The notes under the pieces are model-generated. The model saw only the letters and a list, made by a program, of their open reading frames with translations. It had not been told where the DNA came from and did no database searches. DNA of 64,000 nucleotides. It comes from Octopus vulgaris (Eukaryota). Positions within the stretch are counted from its first letter, which is position 1. Each line of letters begins with the position of its first letter. Both the position numbers and the translations under genes were made by a program. The stretch is from contig OX597838.1 in assembly GCA_951406725.2 (NCBI GenBank), forward strand, positions 21,080,001 through 21,144,000, read 5' to 3'. Below are positions 1 to 64,000 of this stretch, one piece after another.

Positions 1-44
1 AGAATCCAAAGAACACCTCATTACTTCATGATGTTTATACTTAC

Positions 45-63658
<63,614 letters not shown>

Positions 63659-64000
63659 CTGTAAAATACATATGAAACATAGCTTACAACAATGAAATTT
63701 AGGTTATATTGTTAACAGCCAGACAGCACTACAAAAAGACTACAGCCTTCAGAAGACCTTAAAGACGTGGCTATCCTGTCTTAATATTATCCAAGATTAC
63801 CAAGATATCTGGTGCCTCGCTTGTACTCAAGAAAACTCATCCTTCACAGCAGAAGTGTTAATGCCATTCCCCCTGCTGAAAAAGATTGGCTTGCAAGAAC
63901 TTTGTGCCAGTGCCACATAAAAAGTACCCATGGTGGCACCATGCACAAAGAACTCTGCACACTCTGTAAAATGGTTGGCATTAGGAAGGGCATCCAGTCA

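Overview
AT-rich, repeat-dense animal genomic DNA. The SINE families, (TA)n/(CA)n/(GAT)n tracts and Penelope-like remnants look like an Octopus/coleoid cephalopod genome (inference from repeat style, not a database match). The whole window lies inside one minus-strand gene. I mapped 31 exons by hand: 30 symmetric phase-1 exons (28 x 138 nt, 2 x 144 nt), each encoding one 8-Cys laminin-type/MEGF-like EGF module (about 1,384 aa in total), followed by an 82-nt transmembrane exon (45-126). The product is a very long single-pass MEGF10/11/Draper/SREC-like (or EGF-repeat receptor PTP-like) membrane protein; its N-terminus and cytoplasmic tail lie outside the window. Exons are numbered 1-31 in transcription order within the window. 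The array shows a 4-exon super-repeat, parity-linked weak splice donors and two GC donors. Introns contain tRNA-derived SINEs, Tc1/mariner, hAT and MITE remnants, a CR1-like LINE end, a Penelope-like RT fragment, several long foldbacks, minimal hammerhead-ribozyme-like motifs (several on the pre-mRNA strand), and a young-looking 4.75-kb composite element carrying about 12.3 near-identical 307-bp monomers. Most ORFs in the supplied track are spurious.
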